DNA of 64,000 bases, taken from the NCBI RefSeq assembly GCF_018350175.1, contig NC_058368.1, positions 194,620,001-194,684,000 of the forward strand, written 5' to 3'. Both the position numbers and the translations under genes were made by a program. The notes under the pieces are model-generated. The model was not told the origin of the DNA. It saw only the letters and a program-made list of their open reading frames with translations, and made no database searches. The stretch's first letter is position 1. Each line of letters begins with the position of its first letter. Origin of the DNA: Felis catus (lineage: Eukaryota). Positions 12,321 to 24,400 of this stretch are shown here, piece after piece.

Positions 12321-13289
12321 AGAAATAGAATATTATATCAGCCTGATATTAACCAACTTTCAAATCCCAATGGTTAAACTAAGACAACACACTTTGATGT
12401 GAGGACTAGTGCTACCACATAATTTAGAAGGGCAACAATCAAAACCAGACAGAGGAATTTATTGGCCCACGATCCAAACAAGAGGACAAAATTTGGCCAA
12501 CAGTCAGACAGTCCTTCAGAAACTATCTAAACACCTCTAAGGCCTGCTATTCCAGGAAGCCCACCTGGACTAAGTAATGCAGCAGGATGATCTTCCTGTT
12601 CCCACCCTAGTGACCTAGGAGTGACCAAAACAGCAGAAGAGTGTCACCAGGCTATATGGCTGCCTTTGACCATAAACATTTGGGGATAGGGAAGGAGAGA
12701 GAGACTTGACTGTAGGTCCTAAAAAAGATTCCTCCGATTCGATCAGTTGGACCAGCGTTGGCTCTAACACCTGGTGTTCAACACCCAGGCAACCCCCAGT
12801 GGCAGAGAGTGTAGCCAAGCTCTGGCAATCAGTCCTCCTGGCCTTTATGTGAAAATCGGCCAAGGGTCTGTCTAACTGGGTGGGAGAGGAGTGGGAAACA
12901 GAGGACAGTAAGGAGTGAAAGACAGTAGATAGAACAGGGGTGGGGATGGGGGATTTTATAAAGTATAGGGAAAAAAAATCTTTGGGACCTGCCAGCTTCC
13001 CTGGGTCAGTCAGCTGTGCTGTCAGACCCTGTCACCAGCTTTGGACCAGCTTGGTCTTGTTCCAGTCCTGAATATACTGTATAATTTTAAATCACTTTTT
13101 ATTTGTCAGCCTAAAAGCAAGGGACCTTTTGCCTTTGCACACAAAATGAATGAAAAATGCATTTGTGCCACCATTAAATTTAAAATATCTTACAAGATAT
13201 AAAATATGGAGGGACAGCCTGCTCCAAGGGAGGACTATTACTCCGAAATATTAAAACTCAGGCTCTATTTCTAGCTTGTTTATTAATTT

Positions 13290-13580
13290 ATCATTAATAT
13301 ATTCATCTATTTCTTCATTCAGCCAACATACATTTATTAAGAGCTCTCTGTGTTCTAGGCATCATGTTAAATGCAAAGGATAGTACAGTAAACAAGACCA
13401 ACACAGTTCATCCCCTCAAGGAGCTCCTCATCCAGTGGAAGGGAAAGATGATAAGCAAAATGTGAATAAATGATTACGGAGTTTCAATTTTTATAAGTGC
13501 TGTGGAGGAGACATACGAGCTGCCATGAAAATGTTTGACTTGTACTTTCTCTGTGCAGAATCGGGCAAGGTTTCCCTGAG
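13290..13580 (-). mobile_element. L2 3' fragment
   Basis: cattcagccaacatacatttattaagagc...tgtgttctaggcatc...aaacaagaccaacacagttcatcccctcaaggagctc. Confidence 0.8.
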
Positions 13581-14772
13581 GTCTGAACTGGCTCTGCCAC
13601 TGGATCATATGTATGACTATTCTACTGGGCAAGTTCCTTCAGACTTATTAGGCCTCAGTTTACCTATCTGTAAAATAGTAAGGCTGCACTCATGAACGTG
13701 ACTATCTCTTCATTACATCATGATCCTTGTATGTTTACCACACTGATGCTTGTACCTGTGAGTATATACAAATAAAGTGTGGGTATATATAATCCATTAT
13801 AAAATGGATTTAAGAAAACTGCCACAGAAAACAAGGTGACCTTTCTCAGTACAGAGACCACTGAGGCAATAGCTCTCCCCAGAGAACAATTTCTCTCCCT
13901 GGAACCTGGTCAAATGCATCACTCCAGCTCCCGACAGGGCCATCTCTGGGTTGGCGGCTTGCAAATTTTCTTCCCCCAGCCAAAAGCATATTTCACCGGC
14001 ATGCAGGCAGGAGTGACAGAATGGGGTTAGGACGTGGAGAAGAGTGACATGGTTTTTTTCATCTGAGGCACTGCAGGGGAGGAGACGGCAAGGAGCCAAC
14101 GTTGGTAGCTCTCTGGCATGAGGCAAACAAGGATGCCTATGTGAAGGGCGACACTGGGGTTCGTCGGGAGGAGAGGGGTTCAGAGTCTGGAAAGGGACTG
14201 ACTCAGGAAACTCACACGTGAGATCCAGCCTTGCAATGAAATTTCTATGTAATTTTAATCAAGACATGGACTTTCTCTGGGCCTCGGGTACCTCTTAAAT
14301 AATTAACCATTTCCTCTAACTACCTGGATGACATTAACATGAGGATACGAGTTATATGATAAACACGTTAGAGAGATAAACAATGACTTTAGACAGCCAT
14401 CTCTCTTTCCCTTTAGCAAAGATACAGCCAAAGTTTTGCTACATGGGCCACCTTCAGTAAAGAGCCATACAGTAGGGAAAAATCAACGTCTCTCAAGACA
14501 GCTATGATAAAGCATACTAAGGCGTTTCGTAAACTGTAAAGCACCATGTTCGTGTAAGTTACTATTACTTCTTAACTGGGCAGTTGGATGCATAGATGAG
14601 TAATTGAGGAGGTGGATGATACGGCGATACAAAAGTCACAAACAAGCACATTCTCCATCGTCTAACAGAGTGTATGAAAAGACCTCTGTAACTCTTGCTA
14701 TGGAGAAATCTAAAATAAACTGGCTCTCTATAAACCCAAGTGACACATGAGTTGGGATGTGATCAAGGATTC

Positions 14773-14968
14773 TTTTTTTTTAAGTTTGGTTTATTTATTT
14801 GGGGGTGGGGAGGGAGGGCAGTGAGAGAGGGAGAGAGAGAATTCCAAGCAGGCTCCACTCTGTCAGCGCAGAGCCCAATACAGGGCTTGAACTCACCAAC
14901 CGTGAGATCATGACCTGAGCTGAAACCAAGGGTCGGATGTTCAACTGACTGAGCCACCCAAGTGCCCC
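14773..14968 (-). mobile_element. CAN-SINE
   Basis: Antisense SINE ending gactgagccacccaagtgcccc. Confidence 0.95.
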
Positions 14969-15205
14969 TATGATAATGGTATTTAAATGCCAATAATTTG
15001 AGTGAATGGTGCAGAGCATTTTAATACATATCAAACCATGTGGTACTCACAAGATAACAAATCAGCTCAGAATGGTGTTATTATTCCTTTTTGCAGATGT
15101 GAAGACTGAGCCAACAAACATTAATGGTTTGACTACTAATCACAAGGTTTTAGAGAAAGAAGGAAGAAAAGAGTAGATCTTCTTGCTTCAAAACCAGGGC
15201 TCCCT

Positions 15206-16345
15206 CAAAGGCAATCCATGGAATGGGAGAAAATGTTTGCAAATCTTATCTCTAGTAAGCAGTTAATATTCAAAATATCTAAGAAACACCTACAACTCAA
15301 TAGTGAAAAAACAAATAACCCAATTTAAAAATGGGCAAAGGGGGCACCTGGGTGATGCAGTTGGTTAAGCGTCCGACGTCAGCCAGGTCACGATCTCACG
15401 GTCCGTGGGTTCGAGCCCCGCATCGGGCTCTGGGCTGATGGCCCAGAGCCTGGAGCCTGTTTCCGATTCTGTGTCTCCCTCTCTCTCTGCCCCTCGCCCG
15501 TTCATGCTCTGTCTCGCTCTGTCCCAAAAAACGTTGAAAAAAAAAAATTTAAAAATGGGCAAAGGCCATTTCCCAAAGGCCATAGGTGTATGAAGAAGGT
15601 CAACACTAATCATCAGGGAAATGCAAGGCAAAACCATAATAAGATATCACTTCATACATGTTATAATAGCCATTAACAGAAAAACAAAAGTAACGAGTGT
15701 TTTTAAGGATGGGGAGAAAAGGAAATCCTTGTGCATGATTGGTAGGAATATAAAATGGTACAGCTACTATTAAAAACAGTATGGAGATTCTTCAGAAAAT
15801 TAAAAATAGATCTACCATAAGATCCAACAATCCCAATTCTGGGTATTTATCCAAAAGAACTGAACACGGGTCTTGAGATATTTGCACTCTCATGTTCATA
15901 ACAATAGCCAAGAACTAGAAACAACTCAAATGTCCATCAAGAAATGAGTGGATGAAGAAAATGTGGTAAATACATGTAATGAAATAGTATTCAGCCATAA
16001 AGGAAAGAAATCTTGTCATACACTGCAGCACAGATGAACTTCGAGGACATTATGCTAAGTGAAATAAGCCAGTCTCCAGAAGGACAAATACCACATGATT
16101 CCACTTTATGAGGTATATAAAGAAGTCAAACTCACTGAGGCAGAAAGTAGAATGGTGACTGCCAGTGGCTGGGAGGAAGGAGAAATGGGGAGATGATGTT
16201 CAGTGCATATAAAGTTTCAGTTATGCAAGATGCAAAGTTACAAAGATCTGTACAACATTGTATTTGTAGCTAACAATACCTTAATGTTCACTCTAAAATT
16301 TAAGAGAGTAGATATCATGTGCTTTTTACCACACTTAAAAAAACA
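15206..16345 (+). mobile_element. Old L1 (L1MA9/10-like) ORF2 end and 3'UTR, interrupted by a SINE
   Basis: gaatgggagaaaatgtttgcaaatc, catcagggaaatgcaa, ctgggtatttatccaaaagaactg, aaagtttcagttatgcaagatg...agagtagatatcatg. Confidence 0.9.
15341..15550 (+). mobile_element. Young feline CAN-SINE nested in L1
   Basis: TSD aaaaatgggcaaag (15327-15340, 15551-15564). Confidence 0.97.
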
Positions 16346-16352
16346 GCAACAA

Positions 16353-16571
16353 GGGGCACCTGGGTGGCTCAGTCGGTTGAGCGGCCGACTTTGGCTCAGG
16401 TCATGATCTCGCGGTCCGTGGGTTCGAGCCCCGCGTCAGGCTCTGTGCTGACAGCTCAGAGCCTGGAGCCTGTTTCAGATTCTGTGTCTCCCTCTCTCTG
16501 ACCCTCCCCCATTCACGCTCTGTCTCTCTCTGTCTCAAAAGTAAATAAAACAAAACAAAACAAAACAAAAC
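16353..16571 (+). mobile_element. CAN-SINE with (AAAAC)n tail
   Basis: TSD aaaaaaacagcaacaa (16337-16352, 16572-16587). Confidence 0.95.
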
Positions 16572-16600
16572 AAAAAAACAGCAACAAAACAAACAACCAA

Positions 16601-16726
16601 GAGGCACCTGGGTGGCTTAGTTAGTTAAGCATCTGACTTCAGCTCAGGTCATGATCTCATATTTCATGAGTTTGAGCCCCATATTGGGCTCTGTGCTGAC
16701 AGCTCAGAGCCTGGAGCCTGCTTCAG

Positions 16727-16776
<50 letters not shown>

Positions 16777-16860
16777 CCTCCTCTGTTCCTCCTCTGCTCA
16801 TGCTCTCTCTCTCTCTCAAGAATAAACATTAAACAAAATAAAAACAAACAAAATAAAACA
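16601..16860 (+). mobile_element. CAN-SINE with expanded (CT)n linker
   Basis: gaggcacctgggtggcttag head, long CT run, A-rich tail. Confidence 0.95.
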
Positions 16861-17199
16861 AGGTTCTCTCCACTGCTGTTCTCATTGTTGCGATCAATTA
16901 CCCACATTTGGTTAGGTCTTGTGTTAACGTACAATGCCTATCTTGGCAAGCAACAACAACAATAACAAAAGCTATCTTTCTGAGAATTCTAGAGCCAAAA
17001 ATTGCAAGTTTCCATGCTTTCAGAAATGCAATCATAACCCACCAACACTAGAAAAAACTTAGAGACAGGCTAATTTCCCATGTGACCAGTGAGAAACCTG
17101 AGAACCAAAGCTGGCAGGACTTGAAAAAGGCCCGATAACAAATTGGTAAGTTAAATAATAACTGAGCTTTCATTCCTAGACCAATATTTTGCCTAGGGA

Positions 17200-17345
17200 A
17201 GTTGTTTAGAACCTAGTTACATTTCAAGACCACTTGGGAAAATAGATTATAAATGCCTGGATCCTAGCAGAGCTACTGAATCCAAAATCTCTAGGGGTGG
17301 GCCAAGAACTAATATTTAAAAAGCTTCCCTGGTGATTCTGATCTA
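17200..17345. mobile_element. MER5-like hAT MITE fragment
   Basis: ctactgaatccaaaatctctaggggtgggcc...aaaagcttccctggtgattctgat. Confidence 0.65.
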
Positions 17346-18455
17346 GGCAGTCTTCCAACTGTTGTTCATCATTCTGGTCAACCCAAACCCTTGGTTTATA
17401 TCTAGTATGTTCTATCTAATGGAAAACAAAAGGCACTTTAGTCTAGCTGATGTAAATCAATCTTGAGATGGCCTACCTAAAAGGACAGGGAAGGATTCTC
17501 TCACATCAACATCAGTTCTGTTTTGAAAATAATTGGATAGTCATGAGTTCATCAATGGTTGAATATTCCTTCTCTGTGAAATAACTATGAATGATTTTTC
17601 TGTGAGGGTATCCTCTATCTGTACAGCTCCAAAATGACATTTCTCAAGTTGAGCTCCAAACTTCAGGCTTTTTGGAATGGAAGATTCATCATTTTCACTC
17701 CATTTGCCTCAACGAATTAGGATCGTGAGCAGCTCGCTGGCAAAAAAAAAAAACAACAGAGGCCTCAGAAGGGCCCACGGCAGTGAAAGGCGAGGCCCAC
17801 AGGTTGTTTCCACTAATGCCATGAGAGTACGAGGGAAGGGAATACCAAAGCCTGTTAGGGTCACTCGGTGATCAAAAATTAATTAAGAAGAAAAATCTCC
17901 ATTTGTTTACTCTGGGCTCTGTCCACATGTTATACCCCTCATTCCCTCAGTGTGTCATTTCCTATAATGTGTCTTCACATAATTCCCTCAGTGTGTCTTC
18001 CTATAATGTGTTTTCTAGTTATGCACATGGCCCCAGCCATAGCGGCCTGTAAGTGATGAAGCTGTAATCCAACCACAGGTCCCTGTGACCACAAAGCTTG
18101 GGTTCCCTTAACCACTATGCTATGACGGGTCCCAGTAGGAAATGCCTGTATCTCAGGTATTGCCTCTGTCCCCAAAGAACTAAGAGTTCAGGTGGGAGAC
18201 AAGGCACGGACACAGAAAAAGTATCCTGTTTGAAAGGTTGCTAAAATATAAAGAACATGTATTTTATCATTCATATAATATTAATCACTGCTCTTCCTTG
18301 ACTTTTGTGCTTTTTTATATTTTGCTTGAAGTGTTAGTAAAATTAGTGTAGTTGTTATGAATTCAGACTCTGGTATCTAATAGTCTGATTTGAAATATGG
18401 CTCTTTTACCATGAACTACAGATCTAAATTCTTTCTGCAAAAGCCTTTAGGGGCA

Positions 18456-18640
18456 AAAAGCAACATTAGCTTGACTCCAGGATCCTGTAAGTCTTCTTTA
18501 ATATATGAAAATCCTTTTTGGAAACTTCCTTTATCTCAACCCACCTTCCTCCCCAACTTAAAACTACATAATCAATCGTTCCTCACAATCCCAGTTCAGC
18601 TCTCTCTGCCCACAGGTGGGCTTTAATAAAAAGCTATGCT

Positions 18641-18684
<44 letters not shown>

Positions 18685-18710
18685 CCACCTATTTGCACCA
18701 GAAAAAAAAT
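18456..18710 (+). mobile_element. LTR-like (ERV1 U3-R-type) segment inserted as a polyadenylated retrocopy
   Basis: 13-bp TSD gcctttaggggca (18443-18455, 18711-18723); AATAAA 18679-18684, then A8 at 18702-18709. Confidence 0.65.
18642..18683. repeat. (TAA)14 microsatellite
   Basis: Direct reading. Confidence 0.95.
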
Positions 18711-19504
18711 GCCTTTAGGGGCAGATGTATTTCTAAATATCAGATATGTGCGGCTGGAGGGGCACAGGGTTAGGAAAGTAATATACAAATATAACACCTC
18801 CCTAACCCTAGCAAGGTCTAGAGGAGTACTCAAACATTAAACAAAAATATTTCTGCAGCAAAACATATGAATATTAACAATAAGTAAAATAAATAATTAT
18901 AGTCTAATGTCAGGTCAGATCAAGCTTTGCCACAAAATCAGTACGTGTCAGATCAGGCTTTGCTGACAAATTTAAGAAAAAAATAACTTTTCATTTCAAA
19001 TCCATTTCAATTTAACTAACTGAACCTATAGCTGTTAACAATGACAAATTTAACTAATTTCTTTCTATTTATGTTTCCATTTGTAAATGAAAATAATATA
19101 TGTGCATACTTCACAAGGCTTTGGATTGAATGAATTAATGCAAGTAAGTCACTTAATCATTCATAGAAAATACTCGTAAATACTAACTATTGTCATTTTT
19201 ATTATCCCTTATGTCTCTTCTGTTTCTGGTATTCATGAGTCTAAATAATCAAACAATATTTAAATAAAGTTCAAGTTCACTGCAGAAGAGATTTCATGAT
19301 GCATGGTCTTACGGAGTAACTGCCATAAGAATTTATAGAACTAAATTTCTGTGGCACCTCGTAATAGAAAGTTGAACACCATAAAATGGGATAGCCAAAA
19401 GAAGGTTTCATAGAAGAATCAAGATTTACAGTAACCTCAAAGGCAAGTGGGGTTTTGATAGCTAATAAGGAAGGGAATGCCATTAGTTAAAAAGTGGCAA
19501 GAGA

Positions 19505-19733
19505 GGGGCACCTGGGTGGCTCAATCCATTAAGTGTCCAACTTCGGCTCAGGTCATGTTCTCACGGTTTGTGGGTTCGAGCCCCATGTTGGGCCCTGTGC
19601 TGACAACTCAGAGCCTGGAGCCTGCCTCAGATTCTGTGTGTGTCTCTCTCTCTCTCTGCCCCTCCCCTGCTTGTACTCTGTCTCTCTTTCTCAAAAAAAT
19701 AAATGTTAAAAAAAAAATTTAAAAAACATAAAT
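19505..19733 (+). mobile_element. CAN-SINE
   Basis: TSD aaaaagtggcaagaga / aaaaagtgtcaagaga. Confidence 0.95.
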
Positions 19734-21209
19734 AAAAAGTGTCAAGAGAATACTTATAGTATTAGACTTGGCTTTGCATATCACTTGAGCATATTCATAT
19801 GTGTGAGATGAGACGAGCCTTTTAACCTCCCTGAGCCTTATTTTCTCCTCTTTAAAGAAAGGAGGGTAAAGATATCTATCGTTCAAAACTATTCAGAGGC
19901 TTGGAAATTATGAACGTAAAACAACAGAACAATGGCTAGTAAGTCTTCCATAACACTAGGCATTAGAGGAAAACAAACAGATTTCAAGTCAAAGTAAAGA
20001 AGACCTTTCTTACAGCCAGAGCTTCTCAACAAGTGTGGAGACTTCCATAGCCGCAGGTGTTTGAGAACCAACATCTCACATGTTTGAGTAGGGATTACGG
20101 TTTGGGGACATGACAAGACAGGTGCCGTCCACTCTCATCCTTTCCAGTGCTGAAACTTTATCATTAGAGATTATGATGAGTTATTCTGGAGTTCATCTTA
20201 ATTCAGGTTTTCCTTGTAAAATGGGGAACTCTAGGCCCTGGAGTTGGTAGTCCAACTCAGTCAAGATGGACAACAAAAGAGAGTTACATAGGTTGGATGA
20301 AACTTGAATGCCAGGATGAGGATTTGGCTCCCAATGGAAATAAGGGTAACATACTATCGAGGTCTCTCTTCCTCTGCAGGTTGCCTGTACCATCAATCAA
20401 AAACATATTCTGCCTCCGTGTAGCAATGAAATTAGAGTTCTTTTACTGTTTCTCTCTTTGCTGCTCCTCTCCTCAGTGTTCTCCTTCCTTTCTCTTCCTC
20501 TGTTCTTCATCTGCATTCCCACTGTCATTTTCTTCAATGTACATCTCAACATGATCATCAACCCCAGGTGGTCTGCAGGAGGCCAAGAGCTGTAAGTAAC
20601 GAGGGGCAACATGGAAGCTCATCCTTCCTTGTGCATCTGAACGTCCTCTCAACTCCTTGGAGGAAAGGTCCCAAACAAACCCAAGCTATTATTACCACCA
20701 ACTGCCATACAGTAGGGAGCATATAATTGGTGCCAAATAAATAATTCCCCTTGGCAAGTCAATAGAGCGAGAGTGTGACTAGCCAGCAGCCTGGCTGGGA
20801 CACAGGTTACACTGAGACAGAGCTTTAGAAGGAACCATATATCAAAGTAATGGCCTAGGATGTCAATGAGGGACTCATGTCCTTTCAAGTAGGTGGTTTT
20901 AAATAATTCAAAATTCATCGAAGCTTTGCCAGGAACGAAAATCCACTCTCTGACTTAAAGAGTCAGATTTGTACCTGCTAAGAAATATTTGTGTTTAATT
21001 ATTGAGTACTGCTCCAGACCTTGCTAGGGATAGAGGGTGCTGTATAATATTTGTATGTTACTTTTCTAACAAGGCTCACCATTATCAATATTTACTGTGA
21101 TGGTAGCCTTTGCTTACTTAGCTCTTGTCATCATCCACTAATGGGAAACTTGTGATAGTTTGAAAGTGGGAAGCCAATATCTGAAATGTCTGATATTAGT
21201 ATTAATAAA

Positions 21210-21460
21210 TATAATATTAGTATTCACTGAGCACTGTTTCACACCTATGTGAGAGGCAGTGCACTAAACACTTCACACGTATTGCCTAATTAAAATCTCG
21301 CAACAATCCTATAAAGTCAGTAAAATACTTAAAATACTACAGCTGGTATTATTACGCCAATTTTACTATTGAAAAAATGGAGGCTCCACAATATTGGTAA
21401 AATTTCCTAGGGCTAAATAGCTGGTAATTGTTGGAACAAGATCATTCTGACTCTAATTCA
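21210..21460 (-). mobile_element. MIR SINE
   Basis: gtattcactgagcact...ctcgcaacaatcctataaag...ccaattttactattgaaaaaatggaggctc. Confidence 0.7.
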
Positions 21461-23459
21461 GCTGAAGTCATAAGCTAAAATGCCTCCTGTATACAAGCAA
21501 AGTTTATTAAACAAAACAGTATTAGGACATATTCAGAGGAAATGTTTAAAAAACCTTAAAGAAAATTATTTTTCACACATTCTCACACAAATTAGGTGCA
21601 CTGACCTTATACTTTTAATTATACGTTAACTCCATAACATTCCCATCTGTTACTTCAATGAGTTTAACTAAGGATATCCACTTATTTAGACTGGTTTTAG
21701 TAGGTAATAGAAAATTGCAAGTCTCTGTGTTTCCTAATTCGGGCTAGTCTTCTCATTTAGTGTGAAATTGCTCTAAAAATCTCTTTTAGAAGAGGGAGAG
21801 TCCTGAAATTAAGTATATGATGTTAACTGCCTTAGAAAACTCTTTCTTCACAGGTCCGTGGAATGTATCCAATTTGAATTAGCTACCTCCAGATTCATGG
21901 GTCTCAACTGCTTCTTACTCTGATGTTCCTAAATCCACCAGACATAAACAAAGGTGATTTCCTGTTAACTCTCCAAGCTTCTATGAAGCCAATGATGGGG
22001 ACCTATAAAATGGCTTTTTGGGTTTTTTTTGTTGTTGTTGTTAAAGTAGTGCTGGTATGTCCTTGTTCTGTGATTAGGAAAATGGCTACATCATGATGAA
22101 ACCATGCATTAAACAAAGGGGCATTTCTTGCTAGTGTAAGCATTGAGAGAGGAAACCAGAATTAAGATCTGCCACCAAATGGCTAACTTCAGGCAAGTCT
22201 CTTTGCTTTCTCTAGGCCTGGATTTTTCCATACAAACAGGTGACATGTTTGACAGACACTTTGTGAATGAATGCTGGGATGAATGGACACATAAAGAATA
22301 AAGGTAGCTAATCTCCAATGTGCTATCAGCTCCTTATCTCAGGAAAACCAGGTTTCTTCCTCTGGCTGGAATAGTTTTTTCAGGACCATGGCTGCGGAAG
22401 AACCATGGTTGGCATTCAAAGAATGCGGAATGGATTTATTAGCCTGTGCCTGACTTTAACTTGGAGAAGGGTCTACAATTCCAAGGACTCCTATTCAGAG
22501 ATTAAGAATTGTAATATCCTAGAATATCAGCATTGACACAGACAGTAGATCATTTAACCTAGCTTCATCATAACATTAGCATCTCCAAGGGGATCTTTGA
22601 TGCTTTAAATCAAGGAAGAAATGGGCATTTCAAGGTTCCTGGCATGGCCACAGGCAGTCAATAGGATCTTTTTACTCCTAGTGAGATGATACAACCTACA
22701 AACCACTTTATTTCTATGTGGAAGGCTAGACTCATTCCCCTCCTAGGGCAAATGCCTGAGAAAGTTGCTTCAGCTTTGCTTTTGATCTGGCCCAGTTTAG
22801 AAGATGAATCAGCAGCTTTCCAAAGGCTATGGAAAAGCAGCTCCAATTTAAATCTTCCTCCACACCAGTCCCTGTTGGATGAGTCTCACTCCCCAGGCTG
22901 AGGAGTCTTTGCAGAAAGTCTGACTTGATGGAACTTGCAGCTCGAATTTCCAGTCTCGATGACTTAGCCCTCATTTCTCAATGAGCAATCAATTTGAGTC
23001 AATTACAACTGGCCTCTGCCCAGAAGCTAGGCTTCTGGGAGGATCAGGCCTCAATAGGATAAAAAGCAAATGGAAAATGAAGTTCACAGAATCTACCTTG
23101 GTGAAATAAAACTGCCACTGTTTGAGGCTTTTAAATCACTCCTGAACAGTCATGGGTTAGTTGGCTTTAATACAAATATCATGTTGCTCTGGTATTATTA
23201 AAATTCAGCTATAAAGAGGAAAAGCAGACAAAAAATACATATCAAATACAAACACAGGACTTGTAAATTTTAAGTAGGAAAAGGAAAACCTTTAAGATAA
23301 TTTGTCACTACTTACATTCTTGTATACATGCATGTGTGCGTTCACTCATCCATTCCATATATACTCACACCAAATACTGTGCTAAGACCAAGGGATATTT
23401 AAAGAAAGTTTCTGCCCTCAGGAAGCTTACAGTCTATAGAGTTGGATGAGTAAACATAT

Positions 23460-23536
23460 TAAAATACAATGACAGCAATTCCCTTAACCCCCTTTCCCCT
23501 TAAGGGGGAAAAGGGAATTGCTGTCATTGTATTTTA
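23460..23536. repeat. Perfect inverted repeat, 26-bp arms with 25-nt spacer
   Basis: taaaatacaatgacagcaattccctt (23460-23485) is the exact reverse complement of aagggaattgctgtcattgtatttta (23511-23536). Confidence 0.95.
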
Positions 23537-23589
23537 CTTTTCCATTAAAGGTGACATATGCCTTTAATTATTCTTCTCTCTACCTCCAC

Positions 23590-24400
23590 AACTAATTCCC
23601 CAGTGCAACCTCTCTCATCTTTTGTCTGGATCACTGAAATACTTCCCTGGGTTTGCTATCATTTCAATCCTAATAATCCATTGTGCACAAATAGCCAGAA
23701 TAAGCATCTGATCCTTTAAAAATATGTATGAAACCGTATTACTTTGCTGCTTAAAATGAGTAGGTTCCTGACGCACTTAGAATTGACAGCCTTCAATGTT
23801 CTAGAAGGTTTTAACCTTAATCAATTTCATCCTGTCCTACACAGTCACTTGCCCGTAAGGCACCGACTACACTGCCCTCGTTCTGTTTTTTCATTGTCCT
23901 AAATCTTTGCATGACTTGCTCCTTCTTGTCATGCAAGTTTGGGCTTAAATGTCACATGCTCAGAGGTGGTCTTTTTTTTTTTAATGTTTGTTTATTTTTG
24001 AGAAAGAAAGACAGAGCACAAGTGGGGTAGGGGCAGAGAGAGAGGGAGACACAGAATCCAAAGCAGGCTTCAGGCTCTGAGCTGTCAGCACAGAACCCAA
24101 TGCAAGGCTTGAACTCATGAACCGTGAGATCATGACCTGAGCTGAAGCCAGGTGCTTAACTGACTGAGCCACCCAGGTGCCCCTTTTTTTGTCTGTTTTA
24201 ATGTTAGAGGTGGTCTTTCTTGACCATAATATTGATAGTTGCCCTCTTCATCATCATGTTTGATTCTCTTTATGAAACCTACCTAATATACTTTTATTTG
24301 TGGATTGTCTGTCTCTAGGAGAACAGGAACCTTGTCTCTCTTGCTCACCATTCCATTTACAGTGATTAGAAAAGCACCTGGCAAATAGAATGGGAAAGGT
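23590..24400 (+). mobile_element. L2 fragment interrupted by a SINE
   Basis: tcatcttttgtctggatcactgaaatac...gcttaaatgtcacatgctcagagg...caggaaccttgtctctcttgctcacc...gcacctggcaaatag. Confidence 0.7.
23975..24183 (-). mobile_element. CAN-SINE
   Basis: Antisense SINE; TSD agaggtggtcttt at 23962-23974 and 24206-24218. Confidence 0.95.

Larger units (their letters stand above)
18419..19028. mobile_element. TcMar-Tigger MITE (MER46C-like) inserted in a MIR and interrupted at 18456-18710
   Basis: TA dinucleotides on both sides; internal aatatttctgcagcaaaacatatgaatatt and gtcaggtcagatcaagctttgccac match the recalled consensus; MIR sequence on both flanks. Confidence 0.6.
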
